60,000 nucleotides of DNA from Callorhinchus milii (taxonomy: Eukaryota). The notes beneath the pieces were generated by a model. The model saw only the letters and a program-made list of their open reading frames with translations, ran no database searches and had not been told where the DNA came from. Each line of letters begins with the position of its first letter. Positions within the stretch are counted from its first letter, which is position 1. This document shows, one piece after another, positions 26,075 to 39,925 of this stretch. The position numbers and the translations under genes are program-made. Location of the stretch: assembly GCF_018977255.1 (NCBI RefSeq), contig NW_024704743.1:6016001-6076000 (forward strand), in the 5' to 3' direction.

Positions 26075-28639
26075 TTTGTAACTTCACCCCCCACCAGCCG
26101 CAGTTCTTGAAAGTAGCTCTGGTTTGGTTTGTTTTCTCCACAAAATATACAATCAATTTACTTTACAGTATATCCTGCGAAGCGCTTTGAGACGTCTGGA
26201 AGTTGTGACAAGGCGCTCTTATCAAATTTGAGGATTATTGCTGTTGTTAATGTTTTTTATTACTGTGAAGCTTCTGCTTCTCTTCCATTCCCGTTCTCTT
26301 CTTGTCCCCCTCTCCCATACCCCATACACAAGCCTGTCAGCCTCTTCTGTTGTTATTAATGTCATTATTATTATTATTATTATTAATGTCAGTTCTGCTA
26401 TCAGGAGCTGTCACATTAATCAGCTCCTCAATTTTTTTATGATCAGTCCTTCCTACATGTATTATGGCAAGTCACAAAATGTGATTTGCGTTGTTCACTT
26501 GGGAAGTTGAAATCATGAGTTAAGTTAAAATGCAAATCTTTATTTAGTGCTGGCAGTGCTATTATCTATTTACACTAAATTTAATATTTATATTCCAAAC
26601 ATGATAGAAAGGGATTTTTATTTTTGTTTTAAGTTGACTGTTATGATGTATAGACCTTGGTGTTAGATTAAATGTACTTTACATCTCCAAACAGGTGCCT
26701 GGCCATCTGTCAATTTGAAAGGTGCTTCTAAATGGAGAATGGCGTTGCGTATTGGCAACAAATACAGATGCTTTAAGTGTCCTTTCAATAAGTTGTCATT
26801 GGGTTAGTTGAAGGGAGAGTCTTTATTGTGGGATGGGAGAAGAGCAGGAACAGCTGTACATGGTTTAACTAACATTGAATTGTGTGCAGTTGAGGGAGTA
26901 TCATATTTCAAGCCAAACTTTTGCATCTGGGGTCAAATAAGGGTACTTTAAATGATTTTTTAGATTTGTATTTCAGTGACTGACTTGTTGTTAGTCAAAA
27001 ATAATTAAATCTAAAAATTGTGGATTTGTCATGTAATAAAAGGCACTAATGCGTAGAGCTGAGTTGCTGAATTTCTTAATAATAATAAATCTTGCATTTG
27101 ATGTAGCACCTTAGCACACCGTTGAGATGTCTCAAAGCACTTCAAAGCTCGGCGTCGTGCTCTGCCTCTTGTCAAGCGCTCTGGGACACTCCCCTGCATG
27201 AGGAGTGCTATATAGATGCATGTTGTTCTTCACAGAATATACTGTAAAGTGAATTCACTGTATATATTGTGGGTGAATCGCAGAAGCCAATTGCGCACAG
27301 CAGTATCCCACAAAGAGTCCTGGGTTGAGCAACCAAATTACTGTTATTATTTATTTTGGAAGGGATTATTACCCCCAGAAAGAGATCTGACAAATCGATT
27401 TAACAACCCTGTTCCTACGAACTGCTAGGTAAACGGAGGAGTATGGAATAAGGAAATTTGCTTAAGGTTTTTCCCTGTCCGGGAATCGAACCCAGGTCCT
27501 CTCGCTTGGGAGATGAGCGCTCTAACCAATATACTACAGGACTCCAATTTCTGTAACACACAGGTTTACTACAAAGACTAATAGCTAAATCTGTGACCTT
27601 ATGTTAAAATGTTGATTGGCAACGAGTTATGGAGTTAAAACTTGATGCAGCTCTGTGATAGTGAAATGAAAGTTGGGATCAGATCTCTGCGCTCCAGCTC
27701 TGCTCTTGATACAGTATTTGCATTTGTGTATATACATACACTCATAACCAAGGCTTGGTGCCTACTTTGATTCATATGCAAAGAGTTGAGCAGTTGCTCA
27801 CTTTACCCCAACTGGTAGAACCACAGCTCAGTGGGTAGGGATGTGTTTCTAGACTGTGGGCAGGAAGATGGTGGTAATGCTGTGTTCACAATGGCAAGCT
27901 GCACTGTTTTAGCTGGATGTACTCCAGCAGTACCCAGTGCACATTCTAGGGTCCCCAAACCTTGACTCTTGACAACTTGCATCCAAACTTTCTGGGATTA
28001 AATAAACAGGGTGTGTCTTTCCAGGGTGAGAGTACACTCTCTAAACCAACCAAACAGAAATTTCCATTATTTGACCAAAGAAATCAGCACAAAAGAAGGC
28101 AATTTGGCTCATTGTGTCTGTGCTGGCTCTTTGAAAGAGCTATCCATTAAATCCAATTAATCTTTTTCCCGAACCACTGCAAATTACCAAATATTAGCTA
28201 TCTATCCAGTTCCTTCTTGAAATCTAATATAGATATTAGCTAATAGTCATTCACTTACAAAATACAGTAACTACACTTTACAGTAAATCCTACAGTTCAA
28301 CTCTGAAGTCCTTTGCTTTGTCCACCTGACATGAAAAGCATCGTATCAAGTGTAAGGCTTATTATTATTATGTGGATGACACCCAAATCGACTTTTCCTC
28401 CAGCTTCGTCTCCCAGTCCACTGATGTCTTGTCAGCTTGTTTGACAGACATCAAGGCCCTGTTAAGCGCAAATTTCCATCAGCTGAATGTCGGCAAGACG
28501 GAAGCCATACTCATTGGCTCCCATCAACGTCTCTCTGCTGCGGGTAAAGCGCTCTGGGATGCCACCCTGGGTGAGAGGTGCTATATAAATACCAGTTTTT
28601 GTTGTTGGCTTGGAATGAATCATCATGTCTCTGCTTCCC

Positions 28640-29865
28640 TCCTTCCTCTCCACTGATCCCTCCATGAACCTTTACAATCCAGCCTGCCTCCAGCACTGAT
28701 CTGCCTGTTCAAAAGTCACTAATGAAGTTCTCTCTATCTGTGACCTGTGCTCTCTTTGCCTCTTCATTCTCTTGTACCTCTCTGTTGCTTCTCAAATGTT
28801 GACAATTTCATTCTTCACCACCTTTTCTTCAAGGTCCTGTCCTAGTTTCACTCTTAGCAATTCTTGTGTCCTCACTAAGTGTTCCAGTGTTTTTTCCTCC
28901 CACTCCACACAGTTGCATGCAGTGTTCCTCAGGGCTCTATTCTGTCCTCCTTTTCGCCATCTTATTGTCTCAGTGACGTCATTCATAGACATTAGGATCC
29001 ACTTCCACATGTACGCAGATATTACACAACTCTTTATTCCTCTACCCGTAATTCGAGGCACACTGCTGTTCTGACTGATTGCCTGTCAGACATCAAGTGC
29101 TAGATCAGTTCTAACTTTCTACAGCTCAACATTAACAAGATCAAAGTTGTTCCACTTGGCTCTCCTATCACCAGCTCCTTACCTCAACCTGTACTGATAT
29201 TCACTTCACCTAATTAGAGCCAGTGCAGATCCACAGTGTCTAGTTTGATCCCAACTATCCTTCAAGCAATACATCTGGGCTCTCAACTGCTCTCTCTCAC
29301 CTCCGCAGTATCACCCTTCTCTGCCACTACCTATCCTCCTGCTGCTGAGACCCTCCTTCTTGTGTTCATCACCTCCATGCTCAACAAATCCAATGCCCGC
29401 CTTGCAGAACTCCCCAGATCCTCCCTACATGAGCAGCAAACCTGCATTGAGTTTCCGAGCCCAACACCCTTGCCTGACTGCACTGTTTCCCCTTCCCCCA
29501 GTGGATTGAGTTCAAAATTCTCATCCTCAGACTTAAATGCCTGCATTGCTTTGCCCCAACTAATCTCTGCGACCCGTGACCTGTTACCCCATGGCTTCCT
29601 CCACTTAGCAAATGCCAACCTTCTTTACATCCTCCACCCACTCTCCTCTACCATTGGTGGGTGGGCATTCAGCCATTTGGCTGCTGTCTTCTGGAATTCC
29701 ATCTCTCTGGAATTCCTTCCACCTTGTCCACTTTGCCCACCTTCCCCCCCCCCCCCCCCCACTCCCCCGCCAGCTCCTTCTCAACCTCAGGCTCCCAGTC
29801 AGTTGTGTGAAATGCTTTGAAATGTCCTCCTAACGTGAAGAGTACACATAAATGTGAATTATTTG
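28640..29865 (+). mobile_element. Old decayed L2 LINE
   Basis: FHMYADITQLF, AAETLLLVFITSMLNKSNARL and TIGGWAFSHLAAVFWNSI remnants, plus tail. Confidence 0.75.
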
Positions 29866-31197
29866 GGTTATTTGAAACTGGTATATTTCTGTATTCTCTT
29901 TGCTATTTCGGCTTTGAAGTGACATGAAGTGTAATTTTTATAAAAATGTTATTTTTATATTTCAGTGACTTTTTTTTGGAAATTAAAATTTCCCATCTCC
30001 CTTATCTTCCATCCCTCTTGATTCCAAGCCCCAGCTCGGGTGCAAACCATTTACTGTCCAGTACCTGGGATATAAAAGGCACTATATAAATATCATGGTG
30101 TTATTCTTGTTTTTGTTAGCTCCATTTGAAATTACATTGATTCAGTTTTGAGAGGTAATTTTATTGCAGCTGATTACATGATTTCAGATTTTTAAAAGGT
30201 ACATGTAGATTTGGAGCACAGAAACAACTTGAAGCGCACTTGATGAGGGGTAGCTTCTCGGAGTGTACAATTGCTGTGTGTAGTTGGTCTGCCGCATTCG
30301 GGCTACAAACACACAACCACTCCACAGTAAATACTGGGATGCACTTTGGGATGTCCTCCTGACGTGAAAGGTGCTATACCACATGCAAGGATTATTTATT
30401 ATTTATTTCTCATTGTTAAATGTCTCAAAGCACTTTACGGAGCCAGGGTGAGGACGATGGGGAATGGGGAAAAGAAGGCATAATGGGAGGTTTTAGAGGG
30501 ATTTTAAGAGCATTGAGGCAGTATGCAAAGCGGAGAGAGTTCCAGAGAGCAGGGCAAGGTGATCTCTTCCACTTTGCCAGAATTCTTTTCAAACATAATT
30601 ATTTAGTATTGTGTTAGCAACAATAATTTAAAATTGAGTGCCTGCAGGTGATAACGTTTTAATATACCAAAGCACATTCCTAATACATAATGCTTTTTTT
30701 AAAAAAAAACAACCAATCAGATACTGGAATGGTGATCTCACACCTAAAACTCTGAGAGCAAAGTTTACACTTCCAGATCCATATAAGGTGAAGTGTTTGG
30801 TTGCTTCTTGTAATTCTGCAAATGCAGTAGTTATCTCTTTTATGGGACTATACAATTATAGTGTTTTACTGGAAAAGGTATTTTAAACCACTACTATTAA
30901 AAGTTTAAAATGCAGTAATATGTTCTCTCTCTACAGCATAACTCTTTACTCCCTGCCAAGAAATGTGTTCTAACCATATAAAGTCAGGCTGTTCATTTGT
31001 TAGAGGAGGATAACTTGCCTCTGCCCAAGCATTACACACTTTGAAGCAGTTATCAATAAATGCCAGTAAGGATAAAGGGAATGTGTGGCATGGAATCTGC
31101 AACTCCCGGATGTTTTAATTAGAAGTTAACTGATTGTACATGTTGGAATTACAGTAATGTTGGAAATATAGTATTAAGTGTTTGCTTTATTATATAG

Positions 31198-31318
31198 GTT
31201 CATTTCAGCCATCAAATGAGCTGATGTTGAAGTTCTACAGTTACTATAAACAAGCAACACTGGGCCCCTGCAACACCCCGAGGCCTGGATTCTGGGATCC
31301 AATTGGCAAATATAAATG
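31198..31318 (+). CDS. ACBD5: ACBD5 coding exon 2 (121 nt), ACB domain
   Basis: tatatag acceptor; (G)[39 protein letters not shown](W) contains the ACBP YKQA and KW motifs; donor TG|GTAATG. Confidence 0.96.
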
Positions 31319-31369
31319 GTAATGTTTGTTTTTAATTACTAACTTTATTGATGCAGTAAAATTGTCATT

Positions 31370-31978
31370 ATGTCAAATGACAGCAGTCTCTATCAAATAC
31401 AAGATTACTATGTATTTCCAGTTCATTAATCCATCTTTTGATATTTATTTTAGGATCATTTCTGCTTTGTGATTCAGACATACATTAAGAGATTATGCCA
31501 ATTGCTATTTCAAAGAATCATGGAGTCTTTCTCCCAATTATCTTGTCTTCTCTTAATAATAATAATAATCCTTGCATTTGATATAGCACCTTATCACATG
31601 GGTGAAACGTATTGAAGTGTTTCATAGAATATAGTGTAAAGTGAATTGATTGTGTGTTTTGGGGGGTGAAACAAGGCAGTCAATCGCGCCCAGCAGTGTC
31701 CCACAAACAGTCGGGTTACTATTTAGTGCTAGGTAAACAGAGGTGTGTGCCGAAGGCTTTGCACTGCCCGGAAATCAAACCGGGGTCCAATCGCTTGCGA
31801 GGCGAGGTCATGTCAAATAACAGAAATCTATATCAAATACAAGTTTATTATGTATTTCCAGATCATCATCCAATTTTTTCATATTAATTTTGGATCGTTC
31901 TGTCTTGTGATTCAGGCACATAAGAGATTATGCCATTGCTATTACAAAGAATCATGAAGTCTTTCTCCCAGTTATCTT
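31370..31978 (+). repeat. Diverged direct repeats of about 170 bp (31370-31544 and 31810-31978) flanking a SINE
   Basis: Both read atgtcaaat..tatcaaatacaag..tatgtatttccag..taagagattatgcca..caaagaatcatg..gtctttctccca.ttatctt. Confidence 0.88.
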
Positions 31979-32599
31979 CATCTAAATTTATCCCAGTTTA
32001 ATTTATTCTAATTGTTTACGGATATTTGCTGGTACAAAATAGTTGCTGAGTTTCCCTATATAACAATATTCACTTTCTAATCAATATTTTTAATCAATTA
32101 TATTTATTGATACTTCATTCTGAAAACTGTATGATATAAATTCTTTTAAGAACTACAGAAAGCTAAGATTGAAATCAACAATTGCCAAATTCCGGATCCT
32201 TTGAAATAGTGTAAATTTAGACATAGATGAGATTTCTCCTCATTTGTATTCACTTTATAGCTTTATGGCTCTTTATGGGGCCTTGCTGTGTGCAGAATGG
32301 CTGCTGTTTTGCCTACAAATAATAATAATCCTTGCATTTGATATAGGGCCTTATCACGTCTTCTGGACGTCTCAAAGCGTTTCACAGAAAATACTTTGTG
32401 GGCGAAATATAAATTTGCTGGACTTAACAGCAATTGCTTGTGAAGAACTTGAGTCATTTTGATATTATAGGCACTATCAACTGCAAGGATTATTATAATA
32501 ACTGTTTTGAAAGATATATTAATTGATTTGGTGCTAAAAGGATGAAGCGGTTAGGGGAATAGAACACTTAGCCATCCTCAGCATTAAGAGTTCGGCTGA

Positions 32600-32945
32600 T
32601 GGCTTACCTGATAAAGCCGTTGCTTTGCTTGAAACTAAGCCACATTGACCTACAAGATTTCAGATTCAATTCTCAATCTGCTTTGAATTAGATTATTCAA
32701 GATGGGGCAGTAATAGAGATGAAACCATTAGCTTCAGCTTTGTGGATTTGGGAGGGGAAATTTCAATCATGATTGCTATCCAGTGATCTCTGCTGAAAAG
32801 TGTGTCTGTGTAAATAACAGTTGAGGACAAGATTGAAACGCCCACACCCAACAGTTTGACTAGTCTAGGCTCACACATAAAGACTGACAACTTATGTGAG
32901 ATGGCCGAGGATGGCCGATGTTTGTGAAACTGTTTCCATGAGGGT
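32600..32945 (+). mobile_element. Ancient interspersed repeat, probably a tRNA-SINE; related copies about 2920-3240(-), 15280-15455(+), 19140-19290(-), 23215-23540(-)
   Basis: Shared blocks tgctatccagtga..ctgctg.aaagtg and ctaggctcacacat.aaga; strongly diverged. Confidence 0.5.
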
Positions 32946-35900
32946 GGAAAAAAAGTTTCCCCAAGTCAAGTGTTGAGAGAAACCTTCATCTGTTCTGACA
33001 ATGTATTAACCTCAAAATGCCATTTTGTTTTCCACTGCACACGTGTCAAACTTTATATTTTCCAAATCAGCCCATCATAATGGTTTATTTGAGTGAATTA
33101 TTTATACTGATGTATGTATATATTTTTCCTGTTGATCCCCAATTAATTCTGTGGTTTCTCTACTGGCGAAGAAAGGCTTTCATTCTCAGCCTAGGCTAGA
33201 TTTAAAACCAGGTTATAACGGTGAAATGCTAGTGTTTGACACACTGCACCCAGTCTCTATGTTAAACTTCATGTAATGCATGTTTGCAGCCTTATACAAT
33301 TATGGTAGTTTCAGTGATTGTGCTAGCACCCTGTAATTTTCGAATTTGTCTTATCTCATTAATCCATTCTGTTGTAAATTTGTATAATTTTTCACCTGCG
33401 TTTATCTTACCTTCAAACCTTCTAGCATTTAAATGTTATTGCTAACTCATGGTTGTTTGTGCACAAAATAGCTTCCTTTGTCTACATGTGATAGTAATTA
33501 CTTTGAGACATTTTGAGGTTTAAAGTATGATAAAATTGCAAGTTCTTTTGTTGAAAATCCACCAACTATTGCTCATTTTAGGTTTTGAAATGTCACTTTT
33601 AAAAATACAAAGTTCAATGTGTAACTGAGCAGTTAATCACATTTACTGATCATAATTGTGACTCCCAGCATGTTTTAATGTTGACAACTCCACCTTTGTT
33701 GACTGCACCATCTAGAAAGGTATCTTTTCCTGATAGTAGGCATAAGTGAGATGGTCAAAGTAAACCATATCCCATTTAAAGATTTTTTTTTGGGTGGGTT
33801 TGTAACCTTGTTGGTGTTTTTTTTATTTTGGTTTGCCAGACAGGTGCGGAAACCATTGTTATGCTTAAGAATATCCAAACCATACAGAGTTCCACATATG
33901 TATGCAACCGACGCATTGAAATTTCCTGTGTCTAGAATGGAATGCACACTCTCTTCCTGGAGAACCCTGCTCACCTTCCTGCAAGTTAGGCGCAGGTCGG
34001 CAAGAGCCAATCTTAAGCAATCTAGAATGTGCATTAGGGTACTTCTGGAGGTTAACTAGTTAAAACCACATAGCTTGGCATTGAAAGCATAGTCTGTCAA
34101 GCTTCTCGCTGCTTTGCCCCCTGGGACCAACAGTTTGGGCTTAAGCTTGCAAAATTAATAGGAGTCGAATAGGAAATATCCATACTTCTTCCATGATCCT
34201 TCAGGTCCTGCCGTTGAGCCGGCTGATCTTCCATCAGCAGTGCCTTGGACTACTACAGAACCGCCGGCTCGGGCACCAGGTGACTGAGCTTGCCACAGAT
34301 GGAACTGTCTTAATTCCAACATTGCATTGGCAAGCAGGTCACCTTGGATCAGCATGAGGATCGTTATTGGCGAAGAAATGCACTGCAACGGACCCAATTC
34401 TTTGCTGCTGTGAAAATGCCCCCCCCCCCCCATAATATGTTTTTGTACCTGAGTTTTGAGAGCAAACTTACCCTTTCAGCTGCAAAATAGATGTCTGACT
34501 GCTTTCTTTTGAAAACTCTAATGGGGCCTATTTTAAGAACATCGACTGTTGGTGGTTTGGATGTTGATTTCCTGCTAATGTACTTCTACACATTTTGTGA
34601 AAAATAGCTGTTATTTGGAAGATGACAGGAAATGCTAACAGGTATTGCTGCATTTGTTGATGAAATCACTATCTGTTTAATAATGTTGCCTTTACTTTGC
34701 AACGTGCATTATATGGGCAGCATGTCAGACAGTGTCAAGCTTTGCGGTTTTAGCTGGTTAAACCCCGGCAGTACCTCTGAGATTCCTCAGCCTTGGTTCC
34801 TGCCCACCTACACCTTTTTCTCTCTGGAATTAGGTAAGCAGGATGAGTTCCTCCAGGGAGAGAGTGTGCATTCCACTCCACTACATGGGAATTTCCATGT
34901 GTAGGTGCGATGCACGGAACTCTGTTTGGTTTGGATACTATTAAGCATGGTGATGGGTTTCTACCTATATCAGGCTCCCGGTTGACCCAAACTGAAATCC
35001 ACCACCCAAATGTTGGCAATTTGACAAGGTTACAAGTAACATCAGTTTTTTTTTAGCACTCCTTCAATGATCTTTCATTGTTCTTCTGTTGTTTTCTTGT
35101 TTAGTTCTTTTGTGTTGCATTGCAGCACTTTCATCCTTATTAGCCTTTACTTGTTTTTTAGTGAAAAGATCAAGTAACAGCTATTGTGCAGGAAGGCTAT
35201 TTTAGGTGACTTCTCTAAAGTTCTACTCACCAACCAGGAATGAAGTTTCCTGGTGTCTGTACTTTCTTACTGTTTAACCATTGTAGTACTGTATATGAGG
35301 AAAAACAATTAATGCACAGAACTGAAATCAAACAGAAAACAACAAAGAAAAACTTGTTGGCAAATCCCACCCCCAAGCAGGCTGTTTAATAATATAATAA
35401 TAATAATACTTATATTTGATTTAGTGCTTTATCACGTCGTTGAGACGTCTCAAAGTGCTTCACAGAATATACTGGAAACTGGATTGACTTTATCTACAGA
35501 AAATATACACAACGGGAGAAACACGGCAGACAATTGTGCACAGCAGTGTCCCATAAACAGTCATGGATGGAGTGACCAAATAATTATTTTTTTTGAAGGG
35601 ATTTGTTGCCTCCGGAAAATCGATCTGAACAATCAGGTTCCTACTTACTGCTAAGTAAACAGAGACGTTTGTAGTAAGAAAACTAAGGCTTCGCCCCACC
35701 CAGGAATCGAACCTGAGTCCTCTCGCTTACGAGGCGAATGTGCTAACCACTATGCTACAGGTATCGCAAAGCGATAGCCATCAGAACCCATTTCAAAAAT
35801 TATTTAAGTAGATTTGACATCAATTGTTTCCAGTCTATTTCTGTTTTGTTTTATAAGCTAGTATGATCCGTGACTCATCTTAACCGAGTCAATCTACTTG

Positions 35901-37340
35901 ACAGTGTGGCCATTGAAATAACATTAGGCCATGAGGTGCTTACCATGCTTGTTTCAACAGTCTTATTTCAGTATAATCTAACCAACAACCACAATGACTC
36001 TTTCAAGCCACGTTGCCCAGTGATGCAAATAGCAGGACAAATATGTTTGCTTTCATAATTAGAAAAAACTATAATTAAAGTCAAATGTTCTTTATTGAGT
36101 TTTTTNAAGTGATACTAATCTTTGAAATACTTGGCTGTTATTTTGAAAATGGTATGGAGTTTTTGATTAAGAATGCTTTGTCTTGTCATTGTTTTTTATA
36201 ATATGTCCTTAATTAATGAGAAAACAAACTATTTTATCTCTCAACTGATCTTCCTCAAAAGATGTTGATTTGTAATATCTACATAATTTTGAGTCTAATA
36301 TCCACTTTTCAGAATTCTTCTTTTTCCATTGACAAAAGTTGGTCAAAACAATAAGACAATGTAACTTGCTGATTTTATAAGGATTTAGATTATTTACAAA
36401 AAATTCTATCTGGGAAATTTTGAAAGGAAGCTCAAACAACCACTGTAAAAATTAAAGGATATTGGGTGAGAAGTGGAATGTGGGATTAACTTTTTTTAAA
36501 AAAAAGGTTTACTCAGTAAGGAGAAGTGAGGGTGTTTAGAGATTTGTGGACAATTGATCTGAGAGGGGAGCTTATGGAGCTTGGCAAGGAGTGGTGTGAT
36601 GGGTTGGGAAACGTTTTGCGTGGGTAAGGATGCAGGCAGTGAAATTTTGGATGAGCTACAGCTCTTGGATAATAATGATAATCCTTGCATTTGATATAGC
36701 GCTTTTCGCATCTTCTAGACGTCTCAAAGCGCTTCACAGAATATGCTGTAAAGTGAATTGACTGTATATTTATGAGCGAAACGCAGCAGCCAATTGCGCA
36801 CAGCAGCGTCCCACAAACAGTATGGATTGAAAATGACCAATTTATTATTGTTTTGTTTTGGAGGGATTATTATTTGGTGTGTGGAGTAAGGAAACTTGCC
36901 CACGGTTTCGCCCTGCCTGGGATTGAACCCAGGTGTCTCGCTTGCAAGGCGAGTGCTCTAACCACTGAGCTACAGGATGTTGGAGCTGGGGAGAGTTTGG
37001 CATTGTTGAGTGTGAGAGAGGGATGAAGTTAAGCAATGTGGTGAAGGTGGAGAAAAAGTATCTTGGTCAGGGCCTGGTACTGAGGGAGGAAAGATAACTG
37101 AGGATCAAACTGAATGCCAAGGTTGCCCACTAGTAAAATTTAATACCCCCTTGGATGTCTCACAATTATTATTATTATTAGGGGCAGTTTGGATATGACA
37201 GGGAAATAGAAATCTGCAAAGGTAAGAATATTTTTCTATCCTGATACAACATCCATTGAAGGAATTATACAATAATTCCTCCATATTGTTGTATAATGAG
37301 GAATAGTAATATTCCTCCATTTGTCACTGTTACCATCACT

Positions 37341-37541
37341 GGCAACAGTGTATTTTTAAACTTGTATTGGTAGATCTATAGTGATAGTGTACCCAAACCT
37401 AGATAATTCTGAGTTATAAATTGCATTGTTTTATTAGATCATGGCAGACCTATTAATCGCATTTCTCATTCCTTTTCTCCATATTCCTTAATGTCTTTTC
37501 TTCACTTCCCAAGTAACTGTCTATCTCCCTTTTTTAAACTT
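37341..37541 (+). repeat. 201-bp direct duplicate of 39278-39478
   Basis: No mismatch found reading both copies by eye (ggcaacagtgtatttttaaac ... ccttttttaaactt). Confidence 0.92.
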
Positions 37542-39200
37542 GTCTCCCACTAACCCAGATGTGGGAATATGAACTTGGTCTGAGCATAATTTTTAAAAAA
37601 AAATCGCTATCCAAGTGTGTTACTTGAGTTTGGAAGTTATTTGTTGTGTAGATCTGTTAAACGTTAGTTTGGCCGCAGTATTAACATAGTTGCAAACTTT
37701 CCAGTGGTCTTAACTCAGTTTGTACAGTATTTAACTGTCAGACAGTTGTGTTGTTCCTTTGGTGGTGGCTATCATGCCACATTTCCTGGCTTTCCTCAAG
37801 CCACCAAAAATGCAAATTGGTTGAAGTTCAAGGCAAGTATGCTTTTTTAGGGAATGTTTTGCTGAGGACGGGAAAAGCATCAGTAGTGAGGAATGAAATG
37901 TTTTTCCACATTTGAACACATCATCAGTTTCCCACTTTTTGCTGAACCCAACTCCCTTCTTATGGACAACGAGCATATCTGCATCGTCCTTCTCATTTAC
38001 AAAAGTATTCACAGTCAAAGAATAGTCATCTACCACCGCTTACAAAATACTGTTGTTTGTATTGTCATAAAGTGCTACCCAGTGGTTCAGTTGATGAGAG
38101 GCATTTTCTAAGCTGAAACTGACTAGCAAGATGGGAGGGAGGGAGTTGGTGTTGCAATTGGACTTAGTTCCCTAGAGCTTCAGAAAGGCAGGAGCGCTAA
38201 CGCAAATCACTTGCTAATCATGACCCTGCCTAGAAACTGTTTGGGCTTGGACCTCAGCAGCTTTTCATTTCTCATGGGTTTAGTTTAGCTGTGGGCTACT
38301 GGTTGCTGCGTTACACCCATAAAATACTGAGTCACTCCACTTTACAGTATATCCGCTTTGAGACATCTAGATGGCATGTTAAGGTGCTAAATTGAATGTA
38401 AGGATTATTATTAAGGTCACTGTCTTAAAATTTAAAATCATGCAGAATTTTGAAAAGTTCCTATATTTTGCCTTAATGTGGAAAAATTCTGTTTAAGACA
38501 GCTGGTAGAAGATTAAAAAAACACCTTCATGTTGGGAGGTAAGGTGTGTGAGTAAGAGAGACGGGTCAGGATTACTGTGATCTTTCAATCAGGCAGCTTG
38601 GATTTTTGTTGTTTTTTTTNGGTTGGGAGATATTGGGAAGAAACTGCCTTCTGTTTTCAAAATATGACAGGATTTTTAATGGCCACCGGAACAGGCTAAC
38701 GGGACCTCAGTTTAACATCTCATCAAAGGTCAATACAGCAGTGACCCAGCACAGCACTGGAGTCTCAGCTCAATTTTTTTCAGCTCAATTGTGTATGTCA
38801 ACCTTCTGTTCCTGTGACAAGAGTGATACCAACCCCTTCATTTCCCCTTCTCTGTCTTCAAAAACTACCTAAAAACGCCCTCCTAGACTGTGCCGAAGGC
38901 GACCTCCCTTCCCACCTCCCTCACTCAATGTCAAGCACCATCTCTATAAAGTGCTTCAAGATGCTAGTTTACGTGAAGGAAACCATATAAATTCAAGTTA
39001 TTGTTGGGGAATACCTGCGGTTTGAGATCTGGGTTCTGAAATTTGGGCGTTTCCTCGGCTGATAGAAAAAAAAGTTGTTTACCTTTACAGTGACTCTTTT
39101 CCTGAGCAGTGTAACAGTTTAGTTTAGAAATGACTGGAGTTTCGAGAATCAGCTTTGCATGTAATAAGTCATTAAATGACTTCTTGTGTTTATTATTTAG

Positions 39201-39273
39201 GGATGCTTGGAATTCCCTGGGTGATATGTCTAAAGAAGAAGCCATGATTGCCTATGTTGAAGAAATGAAAACG
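39201..39273 (+). CDS. ACBD5: ACBD5 coding exon 3 (73 nt), ACB domain
   Basis: tatttag acceptor; (W)[24 protein letters not shown]; donor ACG|GTAGGG, phase 0. Confidence 0.96.
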
Positions 39274-39599
39274 GTAGGGCAACAGTGTATTTTTAAACTT
39301 GTATTGGTAGATCTATAGTGATAGTGTACCCAAACCTAGATAATTCTGAGTTATAAATTGCATTGTTTTATTAGATCATGGCAGACCTATTAATCGCATT
39401 TCTCATTCCTTTTCTCCATATTCCTTAATGTCTTTTCTTCACTTCCCAAGTAACTGTCTATCTCCCTTTTTTAAACTTTCCGACCAATTTGTTTTCCTTC
39501 TGTGGCAGTGCGTTCCACATTCTTAGAACCCTTTCTGTGAAGAAATGTCTTCTGATCTCACATTTTGTACACAAAATCGTGCTAGTTTAATTTGTTTCA

Positions 39600-39925
39600 G
39601 GAAGTTGATGTGCTGACATTTTTATCTACTACATGGCGTTTCTTCCAAAGTAATACAGTGCTGGTTCTCTTTTGGAAACAAAAACTTGGAAAAATGATTA
39701 CTAATTGGAGATTAGAAAACTGGTTTGCGAAATATATCTCCTTGAAATACTCATTGGCACAGCAGGACTCACCAGAGCAGTTTACAGTTCATTTTCTTGT
39801 ATAGCATTTACTTCCTGGACCATTACGAACAGAGTACCCCTGGAAGCCATTTGTAAAGCAGCTAGGTCAGTTGGGGCATTCTTCATGCTTTTCCAAAGAC
39901 TTATTGCCTTGATTCCCATCTGGTC
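39600..39925 (+). mobile_element. DIRS1-type tyrosine recombinase C-terminal relic (frameshifted)
   Basis: Across three frames: TFLSTTWRFFQSNTVLVLFWKQKLGKMITNWRLENWFAKYISLKYSLAQQDSPEQFTVHF / FTSWTITNRVPLEAICKAA / WGILHAFPKTYCLD, colinear with DIRS YR ..RLSHWIVDAISLAY..AHSTR..SWA..V.LEDICKAATWSS.HTF..FY.LD. Confidence 0.7.

Noticed and set aside
25332..26190. Pro/Ser-rich ORFs of 197-249 aa
   Set aside because: Read-through of the C-rich repeat; only 25517-25592 is real coding sequence.
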